This document shows, piece by piece, positions 30,557-41,604 of a stretch of 64,000 nucleotides of DNA (the first letter of the stretch is position 1; every line of letters starts with the position of its first letter). Origin of the DNA: Chitinophagaceae bacterium (GTDB lineage: Bacteria > Bacteroidota > Bacteroidia > Chitinophagales > Chitinophagaceae); assembly GCA_017853575.1 (NCBI GenBank), contig JAFMJI010000011.1:220-64219 (forward strand). The letters are read 5' to 3'. Position numbers and translations under genes: made by a program. The notes beneath the pieces were generated by a model. That model was not told where the DNA came from. It did not search any database and was given only the letters and a program-made list of their open reading frames with translations.

Positions 30557-33500
30557 ATGAAGCAAAAAAAATACTGGCAGAGTTTTGGTGAATTGAAGAG
30601 CAGTGAAAATTACCAGGAAAGGGTACAAGATGAATTCAATGAATTATTGGATGCAACATCCCCACGCAGAGACTTTTTAAAATATCTCGGATTCAGTACT
30701 GCCGCTGCTGCTGCAGCTGCAAGCTGTGAGATGCCTGTAAAGAAGAGCATTCCTTATTTGAACAAACCAGATACCATCATCCCTGGTGTTGCAAATTATT
30801 ATGCAACTACATATACATTGGACGGTGATGCAGTACCTGTTGTTGCAAAAGTGCGTGATGGAAGGCCGATCAAGATTGAAGGAAATGATCTTTCAAGCAT
30901 TACTAAAGGTGGTACTTCAGCACGTGTGCAGGCTTCGGTATTAGGCTTATATGATACAGCACGTTTGCGCTTCCCTCTTGCCAATGGCAAAGAAGTGAGC
31001 ACATTCGATGCATTTGATAAAATGGTGGCTGAAGGAATGAGTGGTATTGCAGGTAAGCAAGTGGTGTTGTTGACTGAAACCATTTCATCACCAACAACCA
31101 AAAGTGTAATTGCATCTTTCCTTGCAAAATATCCTGGCGCACGTCATATTCAATACGACGCACTTTCAGCAAGTGGATTATTAAATGCCAACCAAGCTTC
31201 ATTTGGTAAAAGAGCTATTCCTTCTTATCAATTTGATAAAGCAAAAACAATCGTTGGTCTGGAAGCTGATTTCTTAGGAACATGGTTGAGTCCAGTTGAA
31301 TATGCGCGTCAGTATGCTGCCGGAAGAAAAATCGACCAGAAGAATCCAGCAATGAGCAAGCATATTCAATTTGAGGGTATGTTGAGTCTCACTGGTGCAA
31401 ATGCTGATGATCGTTTTGTTCATCGTCCATCTGAGGCCGCTGCAGTTGCATTGAATTTGTATGCTGCGATTGGAGGTTCAGTAAGTGCTCCAGCATTGAG
31501 TGATGATAGATTGAAAAAAGGAATTAAGTTGGCAGCCGATGCATTGAAAGCATCTGGATCTGCTTCTTTGGTTGTTAGTGGGAGCAACGATGTTACCGTA
31601 CAATTGATTGTAAATGCAATCAACCAGCAATTGGGTGCTTATGGCAATACCATTGATTGGGGAACAACGTTGAATACACGTCAGGGTGATGATGCTGCCA
31701 TGGTACAGTTGGTGAAAGACATGAATGATGGTGCAGTTGGTGCTTTGTTGATCCACGGAGTAAATCCTGTTTACGATTATTTTGATGCGAAGAAATTTGA
31801 AAGCGGATTGGCGAAAGTGGCCGTATCTGTTTCATTCAATGATAGAGAAGACGAAACAAGTGTATTGTGTAAATTTCAAATTGCGGATCATCACTTCCTC
31901 GAAAGTTGGGGAGATGCAGAAATGAAATCTGGCTATTTGAGTTTCATTCAACCGACCATTGCTCCTTTATTTAAAACAAGAGCATTTCAAACTTCATTGT
32001 TGAAGTGGAGTGGAAATGATACTTCATACGGGGATTATTTCAAGCAATACTGGAGCAGCAAGTTTGGCTCACAGGATGCTTGGGATAAAGCATTGCGTGA
32101 TGGTGTTGTTGAAACACCAGCATCTACAAGTGCAGGTTCATACAGTGGATCAGCTTTTGCAAGTGCTGCATCTACAGTAACTGCTGGAAAGAATTCCGGA
32201 AAAGAAATTGTGCTTTATTCAAAAGTTGCATTGGGTGCTGGTAAAGAAGCCAACAACCCATGGTTGCAGGAAATGCCCGATCCAATTACAAAAGCAACTT
32301 GGGACAACTATGCTGTGATTTCATTTGCAACTGCAAAAGAATTGGGTATTGCAGTTGATGATAACTATGAAGTAGAAGTGAAAAAGCCAGTGGTTAAAAT
32401 AACTGTTGGTAAAAATGAATTGACCCTTCCAGTATTGGTTGTACCCGGCATGCACAAAGATGTCATTGCAATCGCAGTAGGTTACGGAAGATCAGAGAAG
32501 ACAGGTAAAGCTGCTGCCAATGTTGGACAAAATGTTTTCAATTTGGTAAGCTTCAACAATACTTTTAGTTACTCAGTTGCTAATGCTGCAGTTGAAAAAA
32601 CAAAAGAGACTTTCAAACTTGCTTACACGCAAACACATAACCAGTATGAAGGTCGTGATGAAGTGATTCGTGAATTTGCATTGAATGAGTTCAAGAAAAA
32701 TCCAACCATTCTGAAAGACAAGCGTGATGAGTTGGTGGAAACATTTGCAAAAGAGACAGGTGACTACCGTGCAGAAGGAACACTTTATCCAAATCATCCT
32801 TATCCAGGTGCTAAATGGGGTATGAGCATTGACCTCAATTCATGTATTGGTTGTGGTGCTTGTACGGTTGCATGTACTTCAGAAAACAACGTTGCAGTTG
32901 TTGGTAAATCTGAAGTATTGCGTTCTCATGAAATGCATTGGTTGAGAATTGATCGTTATTATGCTACTTACAGAGATGAATCTGGAAATGATAATCTGGA
33001 TGATTTGAACGTGGTGTTCATGCCAATGCTTTGTCAGCATTGCGACAATGCACCTTGTGAAAACGTTTGTCCTGTTAATGCAACCAACCACAGCAGCGAA
33101 GGGTTGAACCAAATGACTTACAACCGTTGTATTGGTACTCGTTATTGTGCCAACAACTGTCCTTATAAAGTTCGTCGCTTTAACTGGGCTGATTATTATG
33201 GAGCAGACAGCTTCCCAGATAATCAGCGTGGTAAATTGGATGATTCTGTGATGATGATGAATGAAGATCTCACAAGAATGGTATTGAATCCAGATGTTAC
33301 TGTCAGATCTCGAGGTGTGATTGAAAAATGTTCTTTCTGTGTACAGCGTTTACAAGAAGGAAAGTTGAAAGCGAAAAAAGAAAACAGGCCGCTTGAAACT
33401 GGTGCTGATGGTAAGTGGGATATCAAAACTGCTTGTCAGCAAGCTTGTCCTACCAACGCCATCGTATTTGGTAATGTAAATGATAAGAACAGTCCAGTTA

Positions 33501-33694
33501 GCAAAATCCGCAATGAAGAGCAAACAAACAGGTTGTTCTATTCATTGGAGCAACTTCACGTGTTGCCAAGTGTGAGCTACCTCGCAAAGATCAGAAATAC
33601 AGATCGCCAGGTTGGCATTGTAGAAGAGGAGCATGCTGCAGAAGCAGAACATGCAGAACACAAGGAAGAGAAAAAAGAAGCTGCGGCACATTAA
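30557..33694 (+). CDS. actB: ACIII subunit B (molybdopterin-oxidoreductase-like + Fe-S)
   Basis: Long Tat-variant signal (KKYWQS...RRDFLK); CIGCGAC, CQHCDNAPC, CIGTRYC, KCSFC. Confidence 0.92.
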   Translation: MKQKKYWQSFGELKSSENYQERVQDEFNELLDATSPRRDFLKYLGFSTAAAAAAASCEMPVKKSIPYLNKPDTIIPGVANYYATTYTLDGDAVPVVAKVRDGRPIKIEGNDLSSITKGGTSARVQASVLGLYDTARLRFPLANGKEVSTFDAFDKMVAEGMSGIAGKQVVLLTETISSPTTKSVIASFLAKYPGARHIQYDALSASGLLNANQASFGKRAIPSYQFDKAKTIVGLEADFLGTWLSPVEYARQYAAGRKIDQKNPAMSKHIQFEGMLSLTGANADDRFVHRPSEAAAVALNLYAAIGGSVSAPALSDDRLKKGIKLAADALKASGSASLVVSGSNDVTVQLIVNAINQQLGAYGNTIDWGTTLNTRQGDDAAMVQLVKDMNDGAVGALLIHGVNPVYDYFDAKKFESGLAKVAVSVSFNDREDETSVLCKFQIADHHFLESWGDAEMKSGYLSFIQPTIAPLFKTRAFQTSLLKWSGNDTSYGDYFKQYWSSKFGSQDAWDKALRDGVVETPASTSAGSYSGSAFASAASTVTAGKNSGKEIVLYSKVALGAGKEANNPWLQEMPDPITKATWDNYAVISFATAKELGIAVDDNYEVEVKKPVVKITVGKNELTLPVLVVPGMHKDVIAIAVGYGRSEKTGKAAANVGQNVFNLVSFNNTFSYSVANAAVEKTKETFKLAYTQTHNQYEGRDEVIREFALNEFKKNPTILKDKRDELVETFAKETGDYRAEGTLYPNHPYPGAKWGMSIDLNSCIGCGACTVACTSENNVAVVGKSEVLRSHEMHWLRIDRYYATYRDESGNDNLDDLNVVFMPMLCQHCDNAPCENVCPVNATNHSSEGLNQMTYNRCIGTRYCANNCPYKVRRFNWADYYGADSFPDNQRGKLDDSVMMMNEDLTRMVLNPDVTVRSRGVIEKCSFCVQRLQEGKLKAKKENRPLETGADGKWDIKTACQQACPTNAIVFGNVNDKNSPVSKIRNEEQTNRLFYSLEQLHVLPSVSYLAKIRNTDRQVGIVEEEHAAEAEHAEHKEEKKEAAAH

Positions 33695-33730
33695 TATAAT
33701 TAGAGAGTATTATCTCATAAACGACCAAGC

Positions 33731-35206
33731 ATGAGTCTAACAAAGTACGAATCACAGTTAAGAGAACCATTGGTAAATGGTAATAAAACCTATGGTCAGG
33801 TTACGAATGACATTGTGCATACCATCGAAGTGAAGCCCACTCGTTTGTGGTACATAGGCTTCTATGTATCTGTTGCATTTTTGTTGTTCGGTGTTTATTC
33901 CGTTTATCGTGAGGTAACTTATGGTATCGGACAGTGGAATGTAAACAGAACCATTGGATGGGGTTGGGATATCACCAACTTCGTTTGGTGGGTTGGTATC
34001 GGTCACGCTGGTACGTTGATTTCAGCGATCTTGTTGCTGTTCCGCCAAGGCTGGAGAACCGGTGTAAACAGAGCAGCTGAAGCGATGACCATCTTTGCGG
34101 TAATGTGTGCTGGTCAGTTTCCCATTTTCCACATGGGAAGGGTTTGGATGGCGTTCTTCACGTTGCCTTATCCAAATACACGCGGACCATTGTGGCCTAA
34201 CTTTAACTCACCATTGCTGTGGGACGTATTTGCGATCTCAACTTATTTCACCGTTTCACTTTTGTTCTGGTATTCTGGTTTATTGCCTGACTTGGCAACT
34301 GTGAGAGACAGAGCAAAAACAAAATTGCGTAAGCATTTATATGGACTCGCTTCTTTTGGATGGAGCGGAAGCACAAAACATTGGCAGCGTCATGAAAGTT
34401 TATCGCTTGTACTAGCAGGACTTTCAACTCCGCTTGTATTGTCGGTGCACACCATCGTATCGTTCGACTTCGCAACTTCAGTTGTTCCAGGTTGGCATAC
34501 TACCATCTTCCCACCTTACTTCGTTGCTGGTGCGATCTTCTCTGGATTTGCAATGGTGCAAACATTGATGTTGATCACAAGAAAAGTAATGAATCTACAA
34601 GACTACATTACACTTGGACACATTGAGGCGATGAACAAGGTAATTGTATTAACCGGATCGATCGTAGGTTGCGCATACTTAACAGAATTGTTCATGGCAT
34701 GGTACAGCATGGTGCCATTTGAACAGGATATATTCTTTAAATACAGAATTGCTGGTCCTTATGGATGGAGCTATTGGTTGATGATGACATGTAACGTGAT
34801 TTCTCCTCAGTTGTTCTGGTTCAGAAAGTTGAGAAGAAATGTAACATTCACCTTTATCATGAGTATCGTGGTGAACATCGGTATGTGGTTTGAGCGTTTT
34901 GTGATCATCGTATCATCCTTGTACCGTGATTATCTTCCATCTTCTTGGTCTGTTTATTACAGACCAACTATTTGGGAAGTTGGTTTCTATCTCGGAACAT
35001 TTGGATTGTTCTTCACTTGTTATTTCCTTTTCTCTAAATATTTCCCTGTAATCGCTATTGCTGAAATCAAGCACGTGTTGAAGACAACAGGTGAAAGCTT
35101 TAAAAATGAAATGACTGCATTGGAGCAAAAAGAAGCGGATAGCTTCTATGATGAGATGCACCATGATCATCATGAAGAGGGCAATGTAAAAGTGGCACAT
35201 CACTAA
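33731..35206 (+). CDS. actC: ACIII subunit C (NrfD family)
   Basis: WGWDITNFVWWVGIGHAGT, NRAAEAMT, WFERF. Confidence 0.92.
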   Translation: MSLTKYESQLREPLVNGNKTYGQVTNDIVHTIEVKPTRLWYIGFYVSVAFLLFGVYSVYREVTYGIGQWNVNRTIGWGWDITNFVWWVGIGHAGTLISAILLLFRQGWRTGVNRAAEAMTIFAVMCAGQFPIFHMGRVWMAFFTLPYPNTRGPLWPNFNSPLLWDVFAISTYFTVSLLFWYSGLLPDLATVRDRAKTKLRKHLYGLASFGWSGSTKHWQRHESLSLVLAGLSTPLVLSVHTIVSFDFATSVVPGWHTTIFPPYFVAGAIFSGFAMVQTLMLITRKVMNLQDYITLGHIEAMNKVIVLTGSIVGCAYLTELFMAWYSMVPFEQDIFFKYRIAGPYGWSYWLMMTCNVISPQLFWFRKLRRNVTFTFIMSIVVNIGMWFERFVIIVSSLYRDYLPSSWSVYYRPTIWEVGFYLGTFGLFFTCYFLFSKYFPVIAIAEIKHVLKTTGESFKNEMTALEQKEADSFYDEMHHDHHEEGNVKVAHH

Positions 35207-35227
35207 TTAAAAAGTAAAAATTATACA

Positions 35228-35812
35228 ATGGCGTTGAAAAAATTTGTGGTAGGATGTTTTGAGGATGAAAAAGTTCTCTTTCCTGCTGTTGCCAAAGTAA
35301 GAAAAGCTGGATATAAAATCCATGATGTATATACTCCATTTCCTGTACATGGATTGGACAAGGCAATGGGATTGAGAGATACCAGTTTGCATACTGCAGG
35401 ATTTTTGTTTGGATTGATAGGAACAACCACTGCAGTTACTTTCATGACTTGGGTGTTCACAAAAGATTGGCCAGTAAATATTGGCGGTAAACCAAATTTT
35501 GCTTTGCCGGCCTGGATTCCCATCACATTTGAAATGACAGTTCTTTGTGCAGCGGTTGGTATGGTGCTTTCATTCTTATATATATGTCAGCTCGCACCGT
35601 TTGTAAAAAGACATCATTTTCATGCGCGAGCTACAGACGATTTGTTTGTAATGGTCATTGAGTGTGGTGATAAGACAAATGAAAAAGAACTCAGTTCTTT
35701 TTTGAGCAGCACCGGTGCAACGGAAGTGAATACACAAGTTGCAGAAGAAGGTTGGTGGATTGGAAGATATGACAAGGAGCAGGAATTGTATAAGGAAACA
35801 AATATTGCATAA
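35228..35812 (+). CDS. actD: ACIII subunit D (DUF3341)
   Basis: VYTPFPVHGLD, IGGKP, PITFEMTVL. Confidence 0.88.
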   Translation: MALKKFVVGCFEDEKVLFPAVAKVRKAGYKIHDVYTPFPVHGLDKAMGLRDTSLHTAGFLFGLIGTTTAVTFMTWVFTKDWPVNIGGKPNFALPAWIPITFEMTVLCAAVGMVLSFLYICQLAPFVKRHHFHARATDDLFVMVIECGDKTNEKELSSFLSSTGATEVNTQVAEEGWWIGRYDKEQELYKETNIA

Positions 35813-35856
35813 TTAAAGAAGCGAAGGGTTCGAAGAGATCATAAAACGACAAAGCG

Positions 35857-36489
35857 ATGAAAAGATCAACACTTGTTTTTTTTGGAATGATTGCACTGGT
35901 GGTGATGGCTGTAAGTTGCAGCGATGTAAAAAGAAAACCAGGTAAGGTATACATGCCGGATATGGCATACAGCCGTGCGTATGAAACCTATTCTACAAAT
36001 CCTGTATTTGCAGACGGAAGAACAAGTCAGGGTCCTGTTGCAGGAACTGTAAAACGTGGAGACGAATATCCAGTGCATATCCAACAGGATGCAGTGGGTG
36101 ATACTGCAAATTATTTTGCATCCCGTCAGATGCCCAATCCAATTGCTTCTTTGAGTGAAGCAGAATTAAAAGAAACCGAGCGTTTGTATCTTATTAATTG
36201 TGGAATTTGTCATGGTCCAAAACTCGATGGCAATGGTCCTTTGTGGAACAATGGTGATGGTCCTTATCCATCTAAGCCAGCAACATTGGTTGGAGATTCA
36301 AAATATGAATCTATGCCAGAGGGGCAAATGTTCTATTCAATAACATTTGGAAAGAATTTGATGGGAAGTTATGCATCACAACTTTCGGCAAAGCAACGCT
36401 GGCAGGTGATTCATTACATTAAAGTGAAACAAGGTAAAATCAAAGCTGCTGCAGCTGCTACCGATAGTACTGCTGTTGCTGCAAAATAA
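35857..36489 (+). CDS. actE: ACIII monoheme cytochrome c lipoprotein
   Basis: Lipobox VSC; YMPDM; CGICH. Confidence 0.88.
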   Translation: MKRSTLVFFGMIALVVMAVSCSDVKRKPGKVYMPDMAYSRAYETYSTNPVFADGRTSQGPVAGTVKRGDEYPVHIQQDAVGDTANYFASRQMPNPIASLSEAELKETERLYLINCGICHGPKLDGNGPLWNNGDGPYPSKPATLVGDSKYESMPEGQMFYSITFGKNLMGSYASQLSAKQRWQVIHYIKVKQGKIKAAAAATDSTAVAAK

Positions 36490-36516
36490 TATCAACAACG
36501 TATTAAATAATCAGGG

Positions 36517-37737
36517 ATGATCAAGCAACAATTTGAGATTTCAGCGGGATACAAGAAGTGGACCAACATATTATTAGGTGTTGGCGGATTGGCGTTTGTG
36601 TTAGGAGTTGTATTTCTCGGCATGAGCAAAGACGAATTGGCACAAACAAGGTTCTGGTCTGTATTGTTGCAAAACAGTACGTTCTTCCTGTTGGTTGTGA
36701 ATGCCAGCATGTTCTTCATTGGTGTAACAACGCTTGCAATGGGCGGATGGCAAATGGCATTTCGCAGAGTACCCGAAGCCATTTCAAGTGTAGTGCCTGT
36801 CTTTTCTGTACTTGCATTGTTGGTATTTGTTGGACTCATCTTTGGGAACAGACACGATATATATCATTGGTTGGATAAGGAACATGTAGCTCATGATCCT
36901 ATTCTAAAGGGCAAGACTGCTTTTTTGAATCCAACTTTTTTCATGGTGTGGACAGTTGTCACACTTTCACTCTGGTCTTTTGTGGGTGCCAAGATGCGAA
37001 AACTTTCTTCTCAGGCAGATGAAAACATGGATCAGGAAACATCAAAAAAATTCATTTGGAACAATACAGTTTGGGCAGCTGTTTTCATTGTGTTCTTTGC
37101 ATTGACAGTTGCTTCTACCATTCCTTGGTTGTGGTTGATGAGTATTGATGCTCACTGGTATTCAACCATGTACAGCTGGTACACATTTGCAAGTACGTTT
37201 GTGGCGGGTATGTCATTGGTAGCATTGTTTGTAGTGTACTTGAAGAACCAGGATTATTTGGAATATGTAACTGAAGAGCACTTGCATGATTTAGGAAAGT
37301 TCATGTTCGCGTTTTCAGTGTTCTGGACATACTTGTGGTATTCACAGTTTATGTTGATCTGGTATGCAAACATTCCGGAAGAGACTATTTATTTCAAGCC
37401 ACGTTTACAAGGTGCTTATAGAGGAATCTTCTTCTTGAATCTTATCATCAATTTCGTATTGCCTTTCTTGTTGTTGATGAAAAGAGGTTCAAAAAGAAAT
37501 TATACATCCATGACGTTTGTAGCAGTGTTGATCATTCTTGGGCATTGGGTAGATTTCTATCAGATGGTGATGCCTGGAACCATGCATGAACATTACAGTC
37601 TTGGTTGGTTTGAGTTTGGCATGTTGATATTCTATGCAGGACTCATCATGTATTTTGTGGGAAGAGGCTTGAGCAAGAAACCATTGTTGGCAGTACATCA
37701 TCCTTTTGTAAAAGAAAGTTTGATTCATCATACTTAA
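36517..37737 (+). CDS. actF: ACIII subunit F
   Basis: WLMSIDAHWYST, HDLGKFMFAFSVFWTYLWYSQFMLIWYANIPEE. Confidence 0.9.
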   Translation: MIKQQFEISAGYKKWTNILLGVGGLAFVLGVVFLGMSKDELAQTRFWSVLLQNSTFFLLVVNASMFFIGVTTLAMGGWQMAFRRVPEAISSVVPVFSVLALLVFVGLIFGNRHDIYHWLDKEHVAHDPILKGKTAFLNPTFFMVWTVVTLSLWSFVGAKMRKLSSQADENMDQETSKKFIWNNTVWAAVFIVFFALTVASTIPWLWLMSIDAHWYSTMYSWYTFASTFVAGMSLVALFVVYLKNQDYLEYVTEEHLHDLGKFMFAFSVFWTYLWYSQFMLIWYANIPEETIYFKPRLQGAYRGIFFLNLIINFVLPFLLLMKRGSKRNYTSMTFVAVLIILGHWVDFYQMVMPGTMHEHYSLGWFEFGMLIFYAGLIMYFVGRGLSKKPLLAVHHPFVKESLIHHT

Positions 37738-37775
37738 ACGAAAATTCAATTCATTAACAAAACATACGTACGATC

Positions 37776-38819
37776 ATGTCGGGTTATTTCATCTTAGCAA
37801 TCTTGACGCTCGCCTTTGTGGTCACTTTTCAGATCGCGAAAGCAAGTGAATATGTTTCTGTGTTGAAAGGCGAAGAGAAAGCATTCAGGCAGAACAACCG
37901 CATCAATGCGTTTCTATTCATTGCATTTTTAGTGTTGGGATTAGCCGCTGCATGGTGGTGCAATGAAGAATATTATAAGAAGACATTGATGGCCCAGCCT
38001 TCTGCATCTGATCAGGGAGAGAAAGTTGATTTCATGTTGATGTTGACTTTTGCTGTGACAGGGTTGGTGTTTCTTATTACACAAATCCTTCTTTTCTGGT
38101 TTGCATTCAAATACCAATACAGAGAAAAACGCCAAGCGTTTTATTTCCCACATAACAATAAGTTGGAGTTGATTTGGACAGTGGTTCCAGCGATTTTCTT
38201 GACAGTATTGGTGGGATTGGGTATGTTCTATTGGTTCAAGATGACAGGAGATGCTCCGAAAGATGCTCAATTGGTAGAAATTACTGGTAAGCAGTTTAAC
38301 TGGATGGTAAGATATCCTGGCAAAGACAATGTTTTTGGAAGAAAGAATTATAGACTCACAGATGCATCCAATGGGAACGCATTGGGAGTTGATTGGGAAG
38401 ATGCAGCAAGCCATGATGATGTTGAAGCAACTGAAGTTCATCTTGTTGTAGGCAAGCCAGTGAAATTGGTGATTGGTGCACAGGACGTTATTCATGATGT
38501 TGGATTGGTTCACTTCAGAATGAAAATGGATGCAGTACCAGGTATTCCAACTACCATGTGGTTTACACCAAAGTATACCACAGCTCAAATGAAAGAGATT
38601 ACTGGCAACAAGGATTTCGTTTATGAAATTTCTTGTGATCAAATGTGTGGAAGCGGGCACTATTCTATGCGCGGCGTGATTGTTGTGGAAACACAAGAAG
38701 AGTTTGATGCATGGATGACTTCGAAGAAACCACAATATGTTACTGTAAAAGAAGCTGCTGCTCCAGCACCTGTTGCTGATAGCACTGCAACTTCAAAACC
38801 ACTTGCACAATTGAATTAA
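37776..38819 (+). CDS. coxB: Cytochrome c oxidase subunit II
   Basis: LELIWTVVP, QFNW, DVIH, CuA motif CDQMCGSGHYSM; no fused cytochrome c. Confidence 0.92.
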   Translation: MSGYFILAILTLAFVVTFQIAKASEYVSVLKGEEKAFRQNNRINAFLFIAFLVLGLAAAWWCNEEYYKKTLMAQPSASDQGEKVDFMLMLTFAVTGLVFLITQILLFWFAFKYQYREKRQAFYFPHNNKLELIWTVVPAIFLTVLVGLGMFYWFKMTGDAPKDAQLVEITGKQFNWMVRYPGKDNVFGRKNYRLTDASNGNALGVDWEDAASHDDVEATEVHLVVGKPVKLVIGAQDVIHDVGLVHFRMKMDAVPGIPTTMWFTPKYTTAQMKEITGNKDFVYEISCDQMCGSGHYSMRGVIVVETQEEFDAWMTSKKPQYVTVKEAAAPAPVADSTATSKPLAQLN

Positions 38820-38842
38820 AGAGGTAAAGAAAAAAAATTACA

Positions 38843-40657
38843 ATGAGTAGCGAAACAATTACACACGGACACGCAGTACAAGCCACTGCACATGCGCATG
38901 ATGAGCACGGACACGATCATCATCACGAAGAGTCGTTTCTTACCAAGTACATTTTCAGTACCGATCATAAGATGATCGGGAAGCAGTTTTTGATTACAGG
39001 AATGATCTGGGCGATTATCGGCGGATTGTTCTCTGTGCTTTTCCGTTTACAATTGGGGTATCCTGAAATGAGTTTTCCATTTTTGGAAGATCTGTTTGGT
39101 AAATGGGCAGCAGGTGGACGCATCACCAATGAATTTTATTATGCATTGGTAACCATGCACGGAACCATCCTGGTATTCTTTGTATTGACAGCAGGTTTGA
39201 GTGGAACATTTGCGAATATTTTGATTCCTCTTCAGATCGGCGCACGTGATATGGCTTCTGGATTCTTGAACATGCTGAGCTATTGGTTTTTCTTCCTTGC
39301 AAGTGTTGTCATGTTTGCATCATTGTTTATTCAAACAGGACCTGCATCAGGTGGTTGGACAATTTATCCTCCGCTCAGTGCATTGGGACAAGCAAGTGAA
39401 GGTTCAAAACTCGGAATGGATTTCTGGTTGATATCAATGGCATTGTTCATTGTATCTTCTTTGTTGGGTGGATTGAACTATATCTCTACCATATTAAACT
39501 TGCGTACGAAAGGAATGAGCATGACAAGAATGCCGCTCACGATCTGGGCAATCTTCTTCACTGCTGTTCTTGGTGTATTGTCATTCCCGGTATTGCTTTC
39601 AGGAGCTGTGCTGTTGTTGTTTGACCGCAACTTGGGAACAAGTTTTTATCTTTCTGAGATTGTAGTAAAAGGGGAGATTCTACCAAATGAAGGTGGATCT
39701 GCTATTTTATTCCAGCACTTGTTCTGGTTCTTGGGTCACCCTGAAGTATATATCATCTTGTTGCCAGCGATGGGAATGGTTTCTGAAATTCTTTCTGTGA
39801 ACTCTCGTAAGCCCATCTTCGGATACCTCGCCATGGTTGGATCTTTGTTTGCAATTTGTATTCTTGCCTTCCTCGTATGGGCACACCATATGTTTGTAAC
39901 CGGATTGAATCCATTCCTTGGTGCATTCTTTGTATTGTTGACATTATTGATTGCAGTGCCTTCTGCAATCAAAGTATTTAACTGGTTAACCACCATTTGG
40001 AGAGGTAATATCAGATTTACACCAGGAATGTTGTTTGCAATTGGATTTGTGAGCTTGTTCATCTCTGGTGGTTTGACTGGAATTTTCTTGGGTAACTCAA
40101 CATTGGATATTCATTTGCACGATACATATTTTGTAGTTGCACACTTCCATATTGTAATGGGTGTTGCATCATTCTTTGGAATGTTTGCAGGTGTATATCA
40201 TTGGTTCCCTAAAATGTATGGCCGTTATTTAAATACAACAATGGCGTACATCCACTTCTGGGTAACTTTTGTTGGTGCATATTTGATTTTCTGGCCAATG
40301 CACTATCAAGGACTTGCTGGTATGCCACGCAGGTACTCTGATTTCAGCAACTGGCAATCATTCAATCAGTTCGCTGATATGAATAGGTTCATCAGTACTG
40401 TTGCGATGGTGGTATTTGCTGTTCAGTTGTTATTTGTTTTCAATTTCTTCTATTCTATATTCAAAGGCAGAAAAGTAAAATCTCAAAACCCATGGGGTGC
40501 AAATACATTGGAGTGGACAACTCCAATCAATCCTGGTCATGGTAACTGGCCTGGCGACATCCCTGAGGTACACAGATGGGCATATGATTATGGAAAAGAC
40601 GGAAGAGAATTCATCCCACAGACAGAACCTGTTGGTGCGAATGAGTCAGCTCATTGA
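38843..40657 (+). CDS. coxA: Cytochrome c oxidase subunit I (A1 type)
   Basis: TMHG, WFLGHPEVY, WAHH, AHFH. Confidence 0.95.
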   Translation: MSSETITHGHAVQATAHAHDEHGHDHHHEESFLTKYIFSTDHKMIGKQFLITGMIWAIIGGLFSVLFRLQLGYPEMSFPFLEDLFGKWAAGGRITNEFYYALVTMHGTILVFFVLTAGLSGTFANILIPLQIGARDMASGFLNMLSYWFFFLASVVMFASLFIQTGPASGGWTIYPPLSALGQASEGSKLGMDFWLISMALFIVSSLLGGLNYISTILNLRTKGMSMTRMPLTIWAIFFTAVLGVLSFPVLLSGAVLLLFDRNLGTSFYLSEIVVKGEILPNEGGSAILFQHLFWFLGHPEVYIILLPAMGMVSEILSVNSRKPIFGYLAMVGSLFAICILAFLVWAHHMFVTGLNPFLGAFFVLLTLLIAVPSAIKVFNWLTTIWRGNIRFTPGMLFAIGFVSLFISGGLTGIFLGNSTLDIHLHDTYFVVAHFHIVMGVASFFGMFAGVYHWFPKMYGRYLNTTMAYIHFWVTFVGAYLIFWPMHYQGLAGMPRRYSDFSNWQSFNQFADMNRFISTVAMVVFAVQLLFVFNFFYSIFKGRKVKSQNPWGANTLEWTTPINPGHGNWPGDIPEVHRWAYDYGKDGREFIPQTEPVGANESAH

Positions 40658-40704
40658 TAATTTGATTATTCAATCGGTTGCACAACAACTGATTAAAAAA
40701 TATT

Positions 40705-41604
40705 GTGATGCAAACCAATGAAGTGAAGAGCGGGGCGGCATCCATCTTGAAAGCAAAGCTGAAAGATTATCAGCAGCTGATGAAGTTCACCTTGAGCTTC
40801 ACAGTTGTTTTCTCTTCAGTTGTTTCCTATCTGATGGTTCCCGATACAACGTTTGACATCCTTTCAGTTCTTTTACTTTTTGCTGGTGGTATGCTCGTAA
40901 CAGGAGCAGCAAATGCCATCAACCAGATTGTTGAAAAAGATACCGATGCAAAAATGAAGCGTACAGCATCAAGACCTGTTGCTTCAGGAAGAATGCATAT
41001 TGATGAAGCGGCTACCTTTTCGGTGCTTGCTGCTGTCTTTGGCATTTTCATCATCGGACTTTGGTTCAACTGGGTGGCAGCAGGAATTGCTGCGTTCAGT
41101 CTTTTTTTATATGGATTTATTTATACTCCATTAAAAAAGATTCATTCCATTTCTGTGTTGGTAGGCGCCATTCCGGGTGCTCTTCCATGTTTGATTGGAT
41201 GGGCAGCAGGCGATCCTTTGTTGGGCGCTGGCGGATGGATTTTGTTTGCGTTGCAGTTTTTTTGGCAGTTTCCACATTTTTGGGCCATCGCCTGGGTAGC
41301 ACATGAAGATTACAGCAGTGCTGGATTCAAATTGTTGCCCGATGTTGGCGGTCCAACCAAATATGCTGCAGTTCAAGCAATCCTGTATTCAGTGTTGCTG
41401 ATTCCAATTGGTGTAATGCCATATATATTTGGAATGAGTGGAATGGTGAGCTTGGTAATTGTAGCCATTGCAAATCTTGCAATGTTTTGGCAATGTGTGA
41501 GATTGTTTAGAGAGATGAATGTGAAGGCTGCAAGACGTGTGATGTTCGGGTCTTATTTTTATTTACCGATTGTATTGCTTTCGTTATTGGCTGATAAATT
41601 GTAA
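40705..41604 (+). CDS. cyoE: Heme o synthase (protoheme IX farnesyltransferase)
   Basis: DAKMKRTASRP, YTPLKK, GAIPG, WQFPHF. Confidence 0.92.
   Translation: MMQTNEVKSGAASILKAKLKDYQQLMKFTLSFTVVFSSVVSYLMVPDTTFDILSVLLLFAGGMLVTGAANAINQIVEKDTDAKMKRTASRPVASGRMHIDEAATFSVLAAVFGIFIIGLWFNWVAAGIAAFSLFLYGFIYTPLKKIHSISVLVGAIPGALPCLIGWAAGDPLLGAGGWILFALQFFWQFPHFWAIAWVAHEDYSSAGFKLLPDVGGPTKYAAVQAILYSVLLIPIGVMPYIFGMSGMVSLVIVAIANLAMFWQCVRLFREMNVKAARRVMFGSYFYLPIVLLSLLADKL

Noticed and set aside
30557-33694. ActB as an active molybdoenzyme
   Set aside because: ActB is known to be a Mo-free homolog, and the context is clearly ACIII
37941-38735. 264-aa antisense ORF within coxB, and similar shadow ORFs in actB, cox, bglX and GH43
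   Set aside because: No recognisable motifs; explained by codon bias on the opposite strand of well-supported genes
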